Translations under genes and position numbers: made by a program
Part shown: positions 50,900 to 64,000 of the stretch, in pieces
Layout: every line of letters begins with the position of its first letter
Numbering within the stretch: the first letter of the stretch is position 1
The notes under the pieces: model-generated
The model's database searches: none
What the model was told of the DNA's origin: nothing
The model's input: the letters and a program-made list of their open reading frames with translations, nothing else
Assembly (NCBI RefSeq): GCF_000315625.1
Contig: NW_005434570.1
Coordinates: 105,759 to 169,758, forward strand
Length of the DNA stretch: 64,000 nt
Origin: Guillardia theta CCMP2712
Lineage: Eukaryota; Protista; Cryptophyta
Direction of reading: 5' to 3'

Positions 50900-53540
50900 A
50901 TGGATGCTCTTCGTTCGGTCAATGAAGGTTATGTGATGTTTATTCTCTCTCTGCAAGTTCTAGACAGTTATGTCATTGATTGACTTGGTGTAGCAGGCTG
51001 TTTTTGCGGAAACGTGCTGCTCTAAAAATTATCAGCCCAACAGCCCTTGTGACCCAGATCACTGGTGTAACTTTGTTTTCCAAGAGGAGTATGAAAAGAT
51101 GTCGATGATTGGAGGCATTATCTTTGCAGTTGTGACAGGAATTTCTGTCGTGTGGGTGTTAACCAGGGACATCTTCCGCCTTTGGGGAGCAGGTGCTTTT
51201 GATTTTGTTTGACGACAAGTTGAGTTTCGTGACATCAGATAAGAAACTTCAGTATCAGTCTGGACAGTGACACCAGATATTTTAAATGCCTGTAATATAG
51301 TACACTCAGTTTTCTCGGATAATGGTGCGGTTTCACTCATTGAAGACGCATGGTTTCAGCAATGAATAAAAGAAACCACATAAAGTTTATTTGAGAAAAT
51401 CTGCATCCGACCAAATGTTCAATTGAAATGTTCAGCTACGAATACATAGACGCTTGGATCTGCGATTCCATCAACATTCTCCAGGACTCAGGCGCTTTCC
51501 AATTGATCTTCAACCATCCCAATCAAACATTGGCATGATTGCACATCAGACGAGAACAACCTGGATGTCTTGTGTTTTGTTCCCCTGAATGAAGGCATGC
51601 ACACACGAGGTCATCTGGTGTAAAAAACATGCATCAAGGCACATCATGACTGAGGAGTTGGGAATCTTCAACCTGTAAGGCCTCGTTGATGTTGTTACCT
51701 TCGTTGCACCAGATAAAGAAGACTTGAAATGAAATCTTCGATTCTTTGAATATCTTGTACAGAAATCTGTTCAAGGCACACAAGTGATTCGATGACAGAA
51801 TGAAGGGGATGAAACATATCCGAGACTACATACCTACAAAACTGTAGATATCCATCGCAGGGCACAAGAAAACGAACGCAGAAAAATGTAAGAACAAAGA
51901 ACGAACAGTGGCAAATCACAAGATACCAACCAATGTGGTCTCAGATCGAATTGCTTCTTGTTCCATGACGCTTTCAGGACTTCCATTGTCACCGATGTCA
52001 CCCAGTTCTGTCAAGACATATCCAAGATCCGTAGCTCTCTCATACTCAGGTCTGCACCCCATCACATAATTAGACAGACAAATAGTCAGTTTCTATGTGC
52101 TGTTTCTTTGTTTCGAAGATTTACCCCTCTTTCATCGTGAACGCGACCTGATACACATGATCCCATTAAATTCGACAACATGTTAGGCAGGTACGAAAGA
52201 GACCGAGTAGTTCAGATTTGATGAGAGCAATCGATCATTTCTCAGGTCCGCAGGTAGAGATGAGAGCAGGAACACTTTCTGAACAGGAATAGTAAATCAA
52301 AGCTCCTTGAACCCAGACTTGAATCAACCTTGAAACCAGATTTTTCAACCCAGACCCTGATTTTGGAGGCGTATTTCTCTGCTCTTTTGCCAACAATGGG
52401 AGCTCGTTGTTGCCTGTATAGTCTCAGAACACGTTGGATTTTCCTCTCTCCCTTCAAAACAATCATGTTAGTCGCACATGACAAATATCGACGATTCCTC
52501 AAGAGCAAAAATCTCCACGTTGACAGCGCTGTAATCGATACATCAGTCGATGCTGCCACAACAAGGATGTGATCTACAGTTTTCCGGCCTCGATTCCTGC
52601 ATGATAGGTGTAAGTTAAACGCATAATCCCCGGAGAAAATGTACCAATTGCAGGCAAGAGAGCATCGTCGTCTATGTAGCCCACCTTGCTCATCTACAAA
52701 ACGGCTTTGAGATGTTGCTCAGTCACTCAAAGATTCATACCTTGAGGGTGGATATCAAGAGATCTGCTGATAGCTGTCCAACATTTCCCAGCGAGCAATC
52801 TAGTGATCCAGATTCCGTCATTCGGGTGCGAGGAAATCTTGCTGCCTTTGGAGCAAGCTCCACAGGAGCACGGACATGAAACGGACAAGAAATACTCACC
52901 GGCTACAATGATTGTCCCACCCTTGAACATCTCCTCCGCCCTCTTCCCTCCGCTCCCCTCGTCCATGGCACTCACGAAAACCGACATAGCGCGCAGTGCT
53001 GTGAAAGAGCCCGCCTCAGCCGCCTCGTGTGTGAATGGGATTGAGCGGGGACGAGGGCTGTGTCACTCCAAAGGTCTGAGCGGGGATGAGGAGCTGTGGC
53101 CATCTGGTCTGAGCCAGAAGACGCATGTAGGCCATGCTGGGGTGGAAGGAAAATGAGAGGGAAGGGGGGGAGAGCTTGGCCGGTGTGTGTTGGTGGAGCA
53201 GGGATGTAGGAAGGACGGGAGAGAGGACAGAGATTGATGAGAGAAGGAGCGTCTGATGATGGTGATGATGCCTCCTGGGCGTCCTGTGTTGTTGTGAGGA
53301 ACTGTTCCACTTGCGCTCGGTTAAGACTCTTTGCGCTCGTTCGCTCCAAATGGTCGGAGCGCGGAGTTTGATGATTCACTTGTATCCGATCCATCGTTCT
53401 GACGGCATTCTGCCATGACAGAGGTGGACATGGGTGGAGGATTTCCTACCTGAGGGGAAAGACAACTTGGATTACGGATAATTCCCTGCGCCATCCAATA
53501 TGACGAAGGGTGGAGAAGACATCGAGCTTCAGAGTCATGG
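50900..53540 (-). CDS. Hypothetical multi-exon protein; boundaries uncertain
   Basis: Exon-like minus-strand pieces with GT-AG borders (e.g. 52727-53140, 52242-52559, 51695-51850). No domain recognised. Confidence 0.3.
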
Positions 53541-56500
53541 TGATTATAGATCATGAATTTTTGCTGTCTCATGAAACCACTGTGATCGAGTGATGCAGAC
53601 GAGGAGCGGGAGAGGCTTCTACGGCAGGACGCCCTTATGCACGACATGTCAGACGTACTGCCTCAAATAGTCGGCAAAGACCGTTGAATGACTTGATTGC
53701 TCCTTGGCAGATCATGATAGACGATGTTGATGATACTGAAGGTCTGGGGATAGAATCGCTGGAGTACTTCAGATGGAGCCTCGGGTTGTGGTTCTTGTCA
53801 GTACTCTTGATGGTTGTAACCTGCGGATTCATCCTTCTCTTATTCCGATGGATGCCGATTCTAGCGCTGAAGTGCAGATACCGCAGAGTAGCTCGATCGA
53901 GAGCAACTCACGTGCTTGTTTCCTGTACTGATGGTACCAAGACAATCGTCGAGATCGAATCGAGGAGTGCCGAGGGCTTTGAAGATCAGCTCCCACGCAT
54001 GTTCGTTTTCAGGCACTTCATGTACTTTGAGACGTCGAATGGATTTTCTCCCATCACATACAAGAGCGGACAGCCGTTTTCTGCGCTGGTGAAGCATTCG
54101 AGTGTGGGCCTGACTGGCAGAGAAGTTGCTAAGAGACGAGCTCTGTTCGGGAACAACCTGGCAGAAGTTCCAATCAAGTCACATTTCCAGCTCCTCTTGG
54201 ATGAAATCCTTCATCCTTTCTATGTCTTTCAGATCTGGAGTATTGTGGTCTGGTATCTTGAACCGTACGTGTTGTATGCGACTGCGATAGCTATCATCTC
54301 CATCTTCTCAGCGCTGATCTCGCTGTTCTCAACCAGAAAGGTGGACCAACACTCACTGCTTTTCCATCTGATATGCGTGTGCAGAACTTGATCAATATCA
54401 GGAACATGGCTCAGTTTAGCTGTGATGTGACAGTTCTGAGACGTAAAAGCCCTTCAACGGCACCTGAAAGAAGTTTGATTTCTTCTGCGGAACTCGTACC
54501 TGGCGATGTGGTAACAGCCGTTTGTGAACCCTCGGCAGTTTTTTCTCACTCAGTCGTTAGATCGAGATTACGGATGAGATGACATTTCCCTGTGATATTG
54601 TCTTGTGCTCTGGCTCGTCGGTGGTGAATGAGAGCATGCTGACGGGAGAGTCTCTGCCGGTCTTGAAGGTGAGGACGGTGTTGGTACTCCCAGAGGCGTG
54701 CATGAATTGTTGAACAGGCCGCGATACCTGTGCATAGTGAGAACACATTTGATAGCGAGGCAGACAAGCGATTTGTTCTTTTTTGCGGGACAAAGTCTCT
54801 TGAGGCAAGACCAGTGGGGGTGAGTGGCAGTCTTCGAAGTTGATCAAGAGCTCCTGACACCGTTGTAGAACAAGAAAGTCACAGGAATCGTGCTCCGAAC
54901 TGGGTTTCATACTGCCAAGGGGCGTCTAGTCCGGTCGATTCTGTTTCCAAAACCTGCATCCTTCAAGCTGTATGCCGACTCCTTTAAGTTCGTCGCTGTG
55001 ATGTCGCTCATGGCCGTCACGGTACCCATGATGAGCTGAGTGTGTTGACTTAGTGGAGTGACAAGGCTTGCAGGGCTTCTTGTGGTCTCTTTCTACCTTC
55101 ATCCAGGTCATTTCTTGTCGTTTCATTTGTTTTCCTGCTGAGCCTCTTCCTCCCAGTACGACGTCGACATCCGTGACGTCATCCTGAATGCTTGCGACAT
55201 CGTCACCATCGCTGTTCCGCCGGCCCTCCCTGCTGCTATGACGATCGGCACGGAGTTTGCTCTCGAGCGGTTGAAGGAAGCTCGCATCTTCTGCATCTCT
55301 CCCAACCGTGTCAACGTATGCGGGCAACTAGACATCATCTGCTTTGACAAGACTGGTGGCTCCTCCTGCCCTGTGCCGCTGCAACTCACATGGATGGCAG
55401 GGACGTTGACGGAAGAAGGAGTCGATGTGAAGGGAGTTTTGTCTATCGACGGGGAGATGGACGATGATGTGAAGGAAGTCACGGACTCTCCTCATCGCCT
55501 GCTGCAGTGTCTAGCGTGCTGCCATGGCCTGACTGCCATAGACGGCAAGCTCATCGGTGAGTAGACATGCTGATTGAGCAGCTGCTGGGAACTGACATTG
55601 ATCAGGCGATCCTCTTGACTTGAAGATGTTTGACGCGACAGGATGGGAGCTCCACGAACCTCCGGTGGAGATGCGGCATGACTCCGTTGTCCCTCCCGTT
55701 GTTCGCCCTCGACGAGCGCCAGGGCAGGACCATGGAGAATCCCCGGAGTCTGCTGGTGCTGACTCGGTTGGAGGGCTGGCGATCATCCGTAGGTTCGACT
55801 TCACGTCAGAGAGACAGCGAATGTCGGTCGTTGCGAGGAGCGATCACGAGAAAGGGTCCCATGTCTTCATGAAGGGGGCGCCGGAGGTCCTGTCCTGTCC
55901 TCCTCCCCTCTCCCTCTTTCCCCCTCGCCCCCTGCTGTCTCCACCTGCCCATTCGCATGATTCCTCTGCGTGCATCCAAACCGCTCATGGTCTACCATCT
56001 TTATCTGCCCTCCCTTCTCTTCTTCTTCCTCCTCTCCTCTCTCCTGCTCGCCCCCTTCTCGCTTTGGATGCTGACGGCAACTCAGGTTGTCAAGGACCTT
56101 TGCGACCCCTCCACCGTTCCTGAAGATTTCATGAAGGTCGTTCACAGCTACAGCAAGGAAGGCTACCGTCTACTGGCCTGCGCTCACTATTACGATCCCT
56201 CGATGACGTGGCATCAGGCACTCAAGGTCTCCCTCACTCCACCTGAACTCTTCCTCTCATCTCCTCTCTCCTCTCTCCTCCCTCCTCTTCCTCTTGTCTG
56301 TCTCCTGCTAACCATCTTGTCTCTGGCCTCTCGCCTGCTCGTCCTGCCTTCCTGTCTCTCACCCCCCAGCAGATTCCTCGCGACAAGGCAGAGAACGGGC
56401 TGAAGATCATCGGCATCCTTGTGCTAGAGAACCGCCTCAAGCCGGAGACAGCCGGGGTCATAGCTGAGCTCAGACGCGCTGACATCTCTACATGCATGGT

Positions 56501-59500
56501 CACAGGCGATCACGCGCTCACTGGCATTGCCGTCTCTCGCCATTGCGGCCTCATCAACAAGGACAAGCGGGTGGTCGTGTCGGAGGTGGGAAGACCACCT
56601 GCTCCCTCCAAGCCCTCCAGGGCTCACAGCTACGGAGACCTGTCCCAGCATGCTCATCATCGATCCACGCTCATGGTCCGCAGCTCGAGCGTCGCAGAGC
56701 TGGGAGAGGAGAGCGCTATGCATCCTCGTGCCGACCGCTCGCCCGTTCATTCTCACCTCAGCGAGCTCGCGGTGTCAGGAGGCCTGGAGGTGCTCGCCGT
56801 GCACGAGTCACCAGCGAGCATGGAGACCTCGCCGACCGCGCAGGCGAGTAGAGGGCATGTGCATGCGTCGCACAAGGGAAGCAAAGGTCACGACGAGAAC
56901 ATGCTGAGATGGTGAGCGAAGAGATTTTACGGTAGGCTACTGATGACTTTACCAGGGGCTTTACGGATGAGGAGGAGGAGGAAGTGGAGGAGGAAGAGGA
57001 GGAGACGGTATGGTTTCGACAGATCCAGGAGGATGGGGAGGAGGAGGAGAAACATCATCACGATATTGACCATCCTCATGGAGAATTCTTCACGTTAGAC
57101 TTTTTCCTCGAGCAAATGAGGGGGGAGCAACACTCTGATGCCACACAAGCTCCTAAGAGGTTTTCTGTCGACGACCTCGAGTTCGCTATCACTGGACCCG
57201 CCTTTGCTATCCTGTATCAGATGCATCTTCAGGGCAACTCAGGTGGAAGTTAGAAATCTTGATTGATCCCCGGTGCTGATCTTGATCTGCGTGTTGATTA
57301 TCATGTTTCACTGTTTTGATCTTGAATGATTCCTTCTGCTGTTGTCGTACGTCCCTTGATTACCTACACATCCCATCCTCTCCTCACCTTCTCTTCTACT
57401 TGTCTCCTTCATCTCTCTCTCAACAACTTGTTCTCACAAGCTATGATGATCAAGATGCTCTTCGCGCCATCACCTCCAAGGCTCGAGTGTTTGCAAGGAT
57501 GTCGCCGGACCAGAAGCAAGCGCTTGTCGAGACTTTTGCAGGTGCAGGAGGAGGCCCATAACCTGCTGCAGATGTTGAAGTGACTTGTGGGTCAGAGATG
57601 CACGGGCGGGTGGTCGGGATGTGCGGAGATGGAGCGAACGACTGCGGAGCATTGAAGGTGAGAGGACAGCAGAGCAGAGCGAGCAGAGCAGAGCAGAGCA
57701 GAGCAGAGCAGAGCAGAGCAGAGCAGAGATGAGATGAGATGAAGCTGAAGTGACGGACGGACGGACGGACGAACGAAGGAGCTCCACCTGAGTTTATCAT
57801 GTGCAGGCTGCGCACGTCGGGCTCTCGCTGTCAGAAGCAGAGGCAAGCATTGCTGCTCCCTTCACGGCATCCGAGGTGAGAAGCAAAGAGGAGGCGATGA
57901 TGAGGAGGAGGAGGANNNNNNNNNNNNNNNNNNNNNNNNNNNNNNNNNNNNNNNNNNNNNNNNNNNNNNNNNNNNNNNNNNNNNNNNNNNNNNNNNNNNN
58001 NNNNNNNNNNNNNNNAGAGAAAGGGAGTGTAGAGGGGGAGGGAGAGATTCCCTGGGAGGAGCTGACAGGCCGTGCAGGCGAACATCCGACCGCTTGTTAC
58101 TCTGATGCGGGAAGGGCGCGCAGCTCTCGTTACCTCCATCTCCTGCTTCAAGTTCATGGCCCTTTACTCCTCCATTCAGTTCATCACCGTCCTCCGACTC
58201 TACTTGGTACTCCCCTCTTCGCTCCTTCTTGCCTCTCCTCCATCCTCCTCTCTCCTCCCCCCCTGCCTCTTCTCCTCTCTTCCCTCCAGTTTTTGACCTT
58301 CCGTCATCTGCTGTATTCTTCTTCCCCTCCTCTGATCACTTTCGCCCCACCTCTTCCCTCCTCTCCCTCCTATTTTCCTCTCTTCCTCTCTAAGCTCCAC
58401 TCCTGCTGCCTTCAGCTGACTTGCTCCCCTTTAGCTCAACACCAACATGAGCGACTTCCAGTACCTCTGGATCGATCTCTTCCTCATCTTTCCCCTCGCC
58501 GTCTACATGGGCAGGACAGGAGCGTATCATCGTCTCTCCCGCAGGAGGCCGCAGGGAAGGCTCATCTCTTTCTCCGTCCTCTCCTCTGTGCTCGGCCAGA
58601 CTTTCATTGCTGGATGTTACCAGGTAAACTCTGTTCCTCCTCCTCGTCCCCTCTTGCTCCCGCTCCTGCTCCCGCTCCCTCTCGTGCTCCCGCTCCCGCT
58701 CTCTCCCCTGCTCCGCTTCTGCCCCTGCTCTCCTCCTTTGTTCCTCCTGCTCTTTCTTGTCCTTGTCGTTTCTTTCTTCGGCTCCACCTCCCTCAACCTC
58801 TACTGCTCTTGATGCACAACCTTTTGCGTTCTCTTCAATCCTCTCCGCCAACTCTCCTTTCTTCTCACCAACTTCTTCGTCAGTGTTTTGCTGCCTGGTG
58901 GACTTTACAAATGAAGAAGTTCAAGTGCGACAACTCGTGTCCTGGAGCTGTGAGACCCTGCTTCCGTCCCTTCTTTCTTACCCTCTGCACCTTGCCTCGT
59001 CTCTACCTCTCTCTTTCCTGCTGTTCCTCCTCCTCTCCACCTCCTCTACAGTCCTCTCCTCTCCCTCCTCTCCCTCCTTTCCCTGCTTACTCTCTCCCTG
59101 CAGTCTCAAGTGTGTGACCCATCCGACGACGAGATGCCTTCCTGCTGCCTCTTCCTCCCCCTCGGTTGCCCCACCCGGCCTATCAGCAGCGACACGGACG
59201 ACAACATTCTCAGCGTGGAAGCGACTTCTGCCTTCCTCTTCTCGCAGTTCCAGTACCTTGCTGTGGTAAGTGACGTCCCTCTCCTCTCCTCTCCTCTCCT
59301 CTCCTCTCCTCTCCTCTCCTCTCTACTCCTCTCTCCTCTCTACTCCTCTCTCCTCTCTGCTCCTCTCCTCTCCTCATCCCCTCACTCTCCTCATCCCTTC
59401 CTCCTCTCTCCTCTTCTCCTCTTCTCCTCCTTCTTGTTCTCCTCTCCTCTCCCCTCTCTTCTCCTCTTCCTCCCTCATCCTATGTCTGTTTCCTTCACCT

Positions 59501-60130
59501 CATCCACCTCCACTTCTTTCTGACTTAACGCAGGTGATCGCCTTCAACACCAGCAAACCCTACAGGAAGAGCATGGTGACCAACGTCTGGTTCTTCGTCT
59601 CTTTTCTCCTTCTCGCCGTTCTCTGCTCCCTCCTCCTCCTCCTCCCGGACAAGCTTTTGCAGGTAAATCATTCTCTCCGTCCTGACCTCCTCTCTCCTCC
59701 TCTCTTGGTATTCCTTCTCTCCTCCCCTCCTTGCCCCCCCTCTCCCTTCGTTTTCCTCCTTCCTGCGCCTTGTCCTCTAGTCTCTCCCACGTTTGTGACT
59801 TCATTGCATTGCCTCCTCCACTGCCTCCTCCGCATTCCCCTCGTTGCACTTCAGGTCTTGAACGAGGAGATCGGAACCCTCGAGCTTCAGCCGTTCCCTG
59901 CTAAGAGCTTCAAGGTGACCTGCCCCCATCCTCTATCCTCCTCTTCTTGCCTCCACGTCCTTCCCTCGTCGTTCTTTGACCTCTTCCCTGTCCTCGTCCT
60001 GTGTTTCAGTCTCTCCTCCTCTTCCCCCTCTTACATTTATTTCCAACAGTGGAAGATGTTTGCTCTTGCTGTTCTCAACGCGGCCATCACCTACATCTTC
60101 GAGATTGTAGTCGAGCTGGTACTCCTCCCT
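53500..60130 (+). CDS. P5B-type ATPase (ATP13A2-5/Ypk9-like, putative polyamine transporter); last exon unresolved at the gap
   Basis: [26 protein letters not shown] (P5B signature), an intron-split [62 protein letters not shown] and DFQYLWID. Confidence 0.96.
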
Positions 60131-60133
60131 CTA

Positions 60134-60198
<65 letters not shown>

Positions 60199-60387
60199 NN
60201 NNNNNNNNNNNNNNNNNNNNNNNNNNNNNNNNNNNNNNNNNNNNNNNNNNNNNNNNNNNNNNNNNNNNNNNNNNNNNNNNNNNNNNNNNNNNNNNNNNCT
60301 CCTCCTCCTCCTCCTCCCCCCTTCCTCCTCCTCCTCCTCCTCCTCCTCCTCCTCCTCCTCCTCCTCCTCCTCCTCCTCTCCCTCCCC

Positions 60388-63300
60388 CTACTTCACCTCC
60401 TTTCCATCCTCCTCCTCCTCTCCCTCCTTCCCCACGATCCTCTCCTCACTCGATTTCACCTGCACTCCTGAGCCCACGGGCAGGCTCGAGAGGACAGCAA
60501 GAAGCTCTTTGGCGCGTGCGATGGAGGAGGAGAGGGAGCAGGAGAAGTTGAGGTACGGCTGTGAAATGTTCTGATCCTGTGTCAGCCATAAAAGCAGGAG
60601 GAAGGAGTAGGAGAACGAGAAGCAGAGGGGAAAAGGAGTAGTAGTAGCAGCAGCAGCAGTGGTAGGAGGAGGAGCAGGAGGAGAAGGAGGAGGAGAAAGA
60701 GGAGGAGGAGGAGGAGGAGATCTATGGAAGACCTGGAGGACTTTTTCCAGGAGGACGGCGTATCGAAGATCGCTCATCCCCTCACGAAATTCTTCGAGCC
60801 AGAGAGTCTTGCGAAGGATACCAGAGGAATGAGAGAAAACTGTGTGAGGAAATAAGAGGAGAGAAGAAGAGAAGGACGAAGAAAAGGAGGTGGAGGACAG
60901 TCTCAGCAAACACGTTCAACAGCATATAGATCACCTTCAACAACATGTTCACCATCATGTAGATCATCTTCAACAAATACGTTTACCAGCACATATGTCG
61001 TCTTCCCTTGCATCTAACGCATAATAAGGATCCGCCCCAACGCTGGACCAAGCGAACTGATAGTTTCCTCTCCCTCCCATGGCCCGCAGCTTGTACTGAT
61101 AGAAACCAAAACCAAATCTGAAGTAAGTCAGCCGTCATGCTGAAAGAGCAAACAGTGCATCTTCATGCACAGGAACAAACTTCAGCCTACGTCTGTATCT
61201 ACATGCTCATTTTCATTCATCTCAACAACTTCACCTCCCTTCTTTCATTTCTCTCCTCCCCCTTCCTGCTCATTAAAAATCCACAACTACTTTGATGCAT
61301 CAATCATGTTCGCACATAGAGCAACTACCTATCACCGAGGTTGTAAGTCATCCATGAAGATGTTGAGTTCCTGTATGCCCGTCAGATTGTGTCAAACTTT
61401 CCTCATCCCCCTCAACCTGATCGCCGCAATCGCTTCCTCTGTCAACAGACGTCAAACAAAAACAACCACAAACCCCTCCCCTCCCCCTCCCTTCCCTCCT
61501 CTGTCTTCCCCACCCCCCTCCCTTCCCTCCTCTGTCTCCCCCAACCCCATCTTCACCCTCACCTCCTCCTCCTCAGTCCTCTCCCTCCCCTCCCTCCCCT
61601 CCCTCCCCTCCCTCCCCTCCTCTGTCTCCCTCGCTTTCATCTTCTCCTTCCCCTCCTCCTCCTCCACTCACCAGAGTGTTCAGTGAGGATCAACAAGTCA
61701 ACTTCATCGATGAAGGCAGCTCTCGCATCCCCAACGTGATGGAAGCTAGTGAATACGCTGCTTCTTCCTCCTCCTCCTCTGATCGCTCGTGCAACCGCTA
61801 TGCTGTCCTCTATCGCCGATCCCGACGGCTCGTCCCCACGTTCAGCGTCAGCCCCGGCCAGTCGCGCTCACTCGCATGCTCTTCAATCTGCTGCACCACC
61901 TCTGATACAACATCCTCGTACGTCCTCCCCTTCGCGTCCATCCACATCGTCGGCGCATACATGTTCACTCCTTGGACAGCAAGACCAGCATACGAGTTGA
62001 CTTCCTTCTTGCCGAAGCTCGCTCTGATAGCCGCCATGCTCATGTCTGCGTCCTCAAACTGCATCACGACGCCTCCTCCCGCCGTCACCTCCACCAACTT
62101 CGGCCCTCCTACGCCCCCCGTCGCTCCTGTGCCTCCGTAGCTCCGCAGCAGCTCGATCGACTCGTTCATCTCCCTCTTCTGCTTCACTCGCACCTCCGGG
62201 TACGGAGCAAGAGGATACGTCACGGCCGTTCCCAGCCAACCGAGGAGAAGGTCGTCGACCCATGGGAGGGAGAACGGGAGAACGCGGACGACAACATCGA
62301 CTTTGAGCTGAGCAGAGTTGGACAGGAGGAGGAGGACGCTACCCCTGACCTCCCTCACTGAACAGCCTCCTCTTCCTCCTTGTCCTCCTCCTCCTGCCGA
62401 AGGAGAAATCTGTATCCATAGCCTCCTGCTCATCCCTTGCGGGAAGCGAAGCTCACGGAAGGGGTCGAGGAGGAGGGGTTCAAACGCGTAGATGGACCCG
62501 TCCATCGTCCTCCTCTTCAGCTTGAAACGAACCCACGAGACCTCAAGGTCGAGCCCCTCGAAACCTTGCAAGGAGTAGGAGGATACAGAAGCCTGTTGCA
62601 GCGCGTGCAAGCAGAAGGAAGCATGAGAAATTTCTCCTGCAGCTGACACCGACACGTTGATCGCCTCCTGCTCTGAGAGAACTTCCGACGGCAGCGGCGG
62701 CTCAAAGGCTCCTAGCAAGGCGTTGAAACGACGATGAAAGACGAGGAAGGGGGATGAAAATTCCTGTCATCATCGTAATCATCCCCATCATCACCAACAT
62801 CGTAATCATCGTCATCCTCATCATCGTCATCACCACCACCACCACCACAACCACCACCACCGCAATCACCACCAGCACCACAATCACCACCAGCACCATC
62901 ATCGTTGTCATCTCCATCTCCATCTCCATCTCCATAATCACCCCTTCCATCATCATCATCATCACCGGCAACTTGTCGGACCCTTGTCCTACAGCACTGA
63001 TCTGCTCCTGGTATTCCACATAGAATTGAAACTTGAGCTTTTCCCAGAGCTCAGCAAGGAAGGTTTCTCCCTTCTCATATTCCTCTACAGGAAACACAAT
63101 GATGGCCGATACAGTACACGCATACGTCGACCCAGCGAACTGAATGTCCATCTGACCGTCCGTACACGTCACGTTGAAGCGGAGGGGAACAAACCTAGAC
63201 TTTCTCACGTACTTGTACCACACATCGTCCCCTGGCAGATCCTCTTCTTCCTCATGCCGGTAGTAGCGGCTCCAGAAGACGGTTGCGTCCTCCCCATCCT

Positions 63301-63741
63301 GGTACACGAGCTCTCCTTCTATCCACACCCTCCTGTCCTGGTAGTTGGGGAAGTACTCCCAGTATCCCGCATCCTCCATCATAATCCACACATGATACTT
63401 GGCAGGAGGAAGCATCAGGCTTACTCCCCCTTGCTCGAAGGATATCCAGTCTCGCAGCAAGTTGTCAGGGTGCCTCCTGTCCTCGCTCCTCCACACCCTC
63501 GACCCCAGGGAGATCCCGTACCCTCGAGCTTCCGAGTACCAGTCGTCCTGCGTCAGGGGGACGAAGCCGGTGAAGAGAGGGCCAGTGATGGGCTGGAGGT
63601 CGAGGAGGACGAGTCTGCTGAAGAGCTGCTGGTAAGGAGGCTCGGGGAGGAGAGTGATGGAGTCGATGTCAAGGGAGGAGGTTCCGGCTGCCTGTATGAC
63701 TAGGCGAGTAATGTAGCGGAGATCGAGTTGCCTCCTGACCT
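60388..63741 (-). CDS. Bacterial-like GH123/DUF4091-type putative glycoside hydrolase with a galactose-binding-like module; 5' end is beyond the window and there is an apparent frameshift at ~61835
   Basis: LDL...GF.PLT....YS..RGYG module, EDAGYWEY, a DEP motif restored by one extra G, DPYYALDAREDD and LWLEEFREGMSDLRY (resembles the DUF4091 REG.D.Y motif). Confidence 0.6.
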
Positions 63742-64000
63742 GCCAGAGACTTAGAAAGAAATGGTGGGAGAAGCAAAGAGCAGGACGCGAAGCAAGAGGA
63801 TGAGGGAAGGGGAGAAGGGGGGAAGGGTGGAGGTGGAAGAGCAAGGAGGAGGAGGAGGAGGAGGAGGAGGAGGAGGAGGAGGAGGAGGAGGAGGAGGAGG
63901 AGGAGGAGGAGGGAGGAGGAGGAGGAGGAGGAGGGAGGGTAGGTAGGGTAGGGTAGGGTAGGGTAGGGTTTTTTTTTTTTTTTTTTTTTTTTTATTTTTT

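Noticed and set aside
60480-60832. C-terminal exons of the P5B-ATPase on the plus strand
   Set aside because: The minus strand carries the REGMSDLRY motif of the GH123-like gene, which explains the region better.
63937-64000. (TAGGG)n followed by poly-T as a telomere or retroposon tail
   Set aside because: There are only about five units, continuous with a (GGA)n tract inside an apparent intron, and the window edge prevents assessment.

Overview
This is eukaryotic nuclear DNA, not prokaryotic. It has many short (~50 nt) GT-AG introns, longer introns filled with microsatellites, and four 100-N scaffold gaps. The gene set and signal-peptide-led enzymes suggest an alga with a complex plastid, most likely a cryptophyte such as Guillardia theta (inference). 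Recognisable genes are a TMEM184/OST-alpha transporter, a HisRS with a signal peptide, PEX10, a PDZ protein, tRNA 2'-phosphotransferase (TPT1/KptA), an intronless TPT/SLC35E transporter, an intronless PAS protein, a histidine phosphatase with a putative bipartite leader, a ~13-kb membrane-anchored S8 subtilase, an intronless LRR receptor, an RWP-RK factor, a P5B-ATPase and a bacterial-like GH123/DUF4091-type protein. The most unusual block is 42.8-48.6 kb. There, two near-identical 1.07-kb direct copies of the subtilase 5' end bracket a mini chromovirus with a target-site duplication, a possible solo LTR and a VLR-like LRR receptor gene. All exon structures were read by eye, so several gene ends are approximate.
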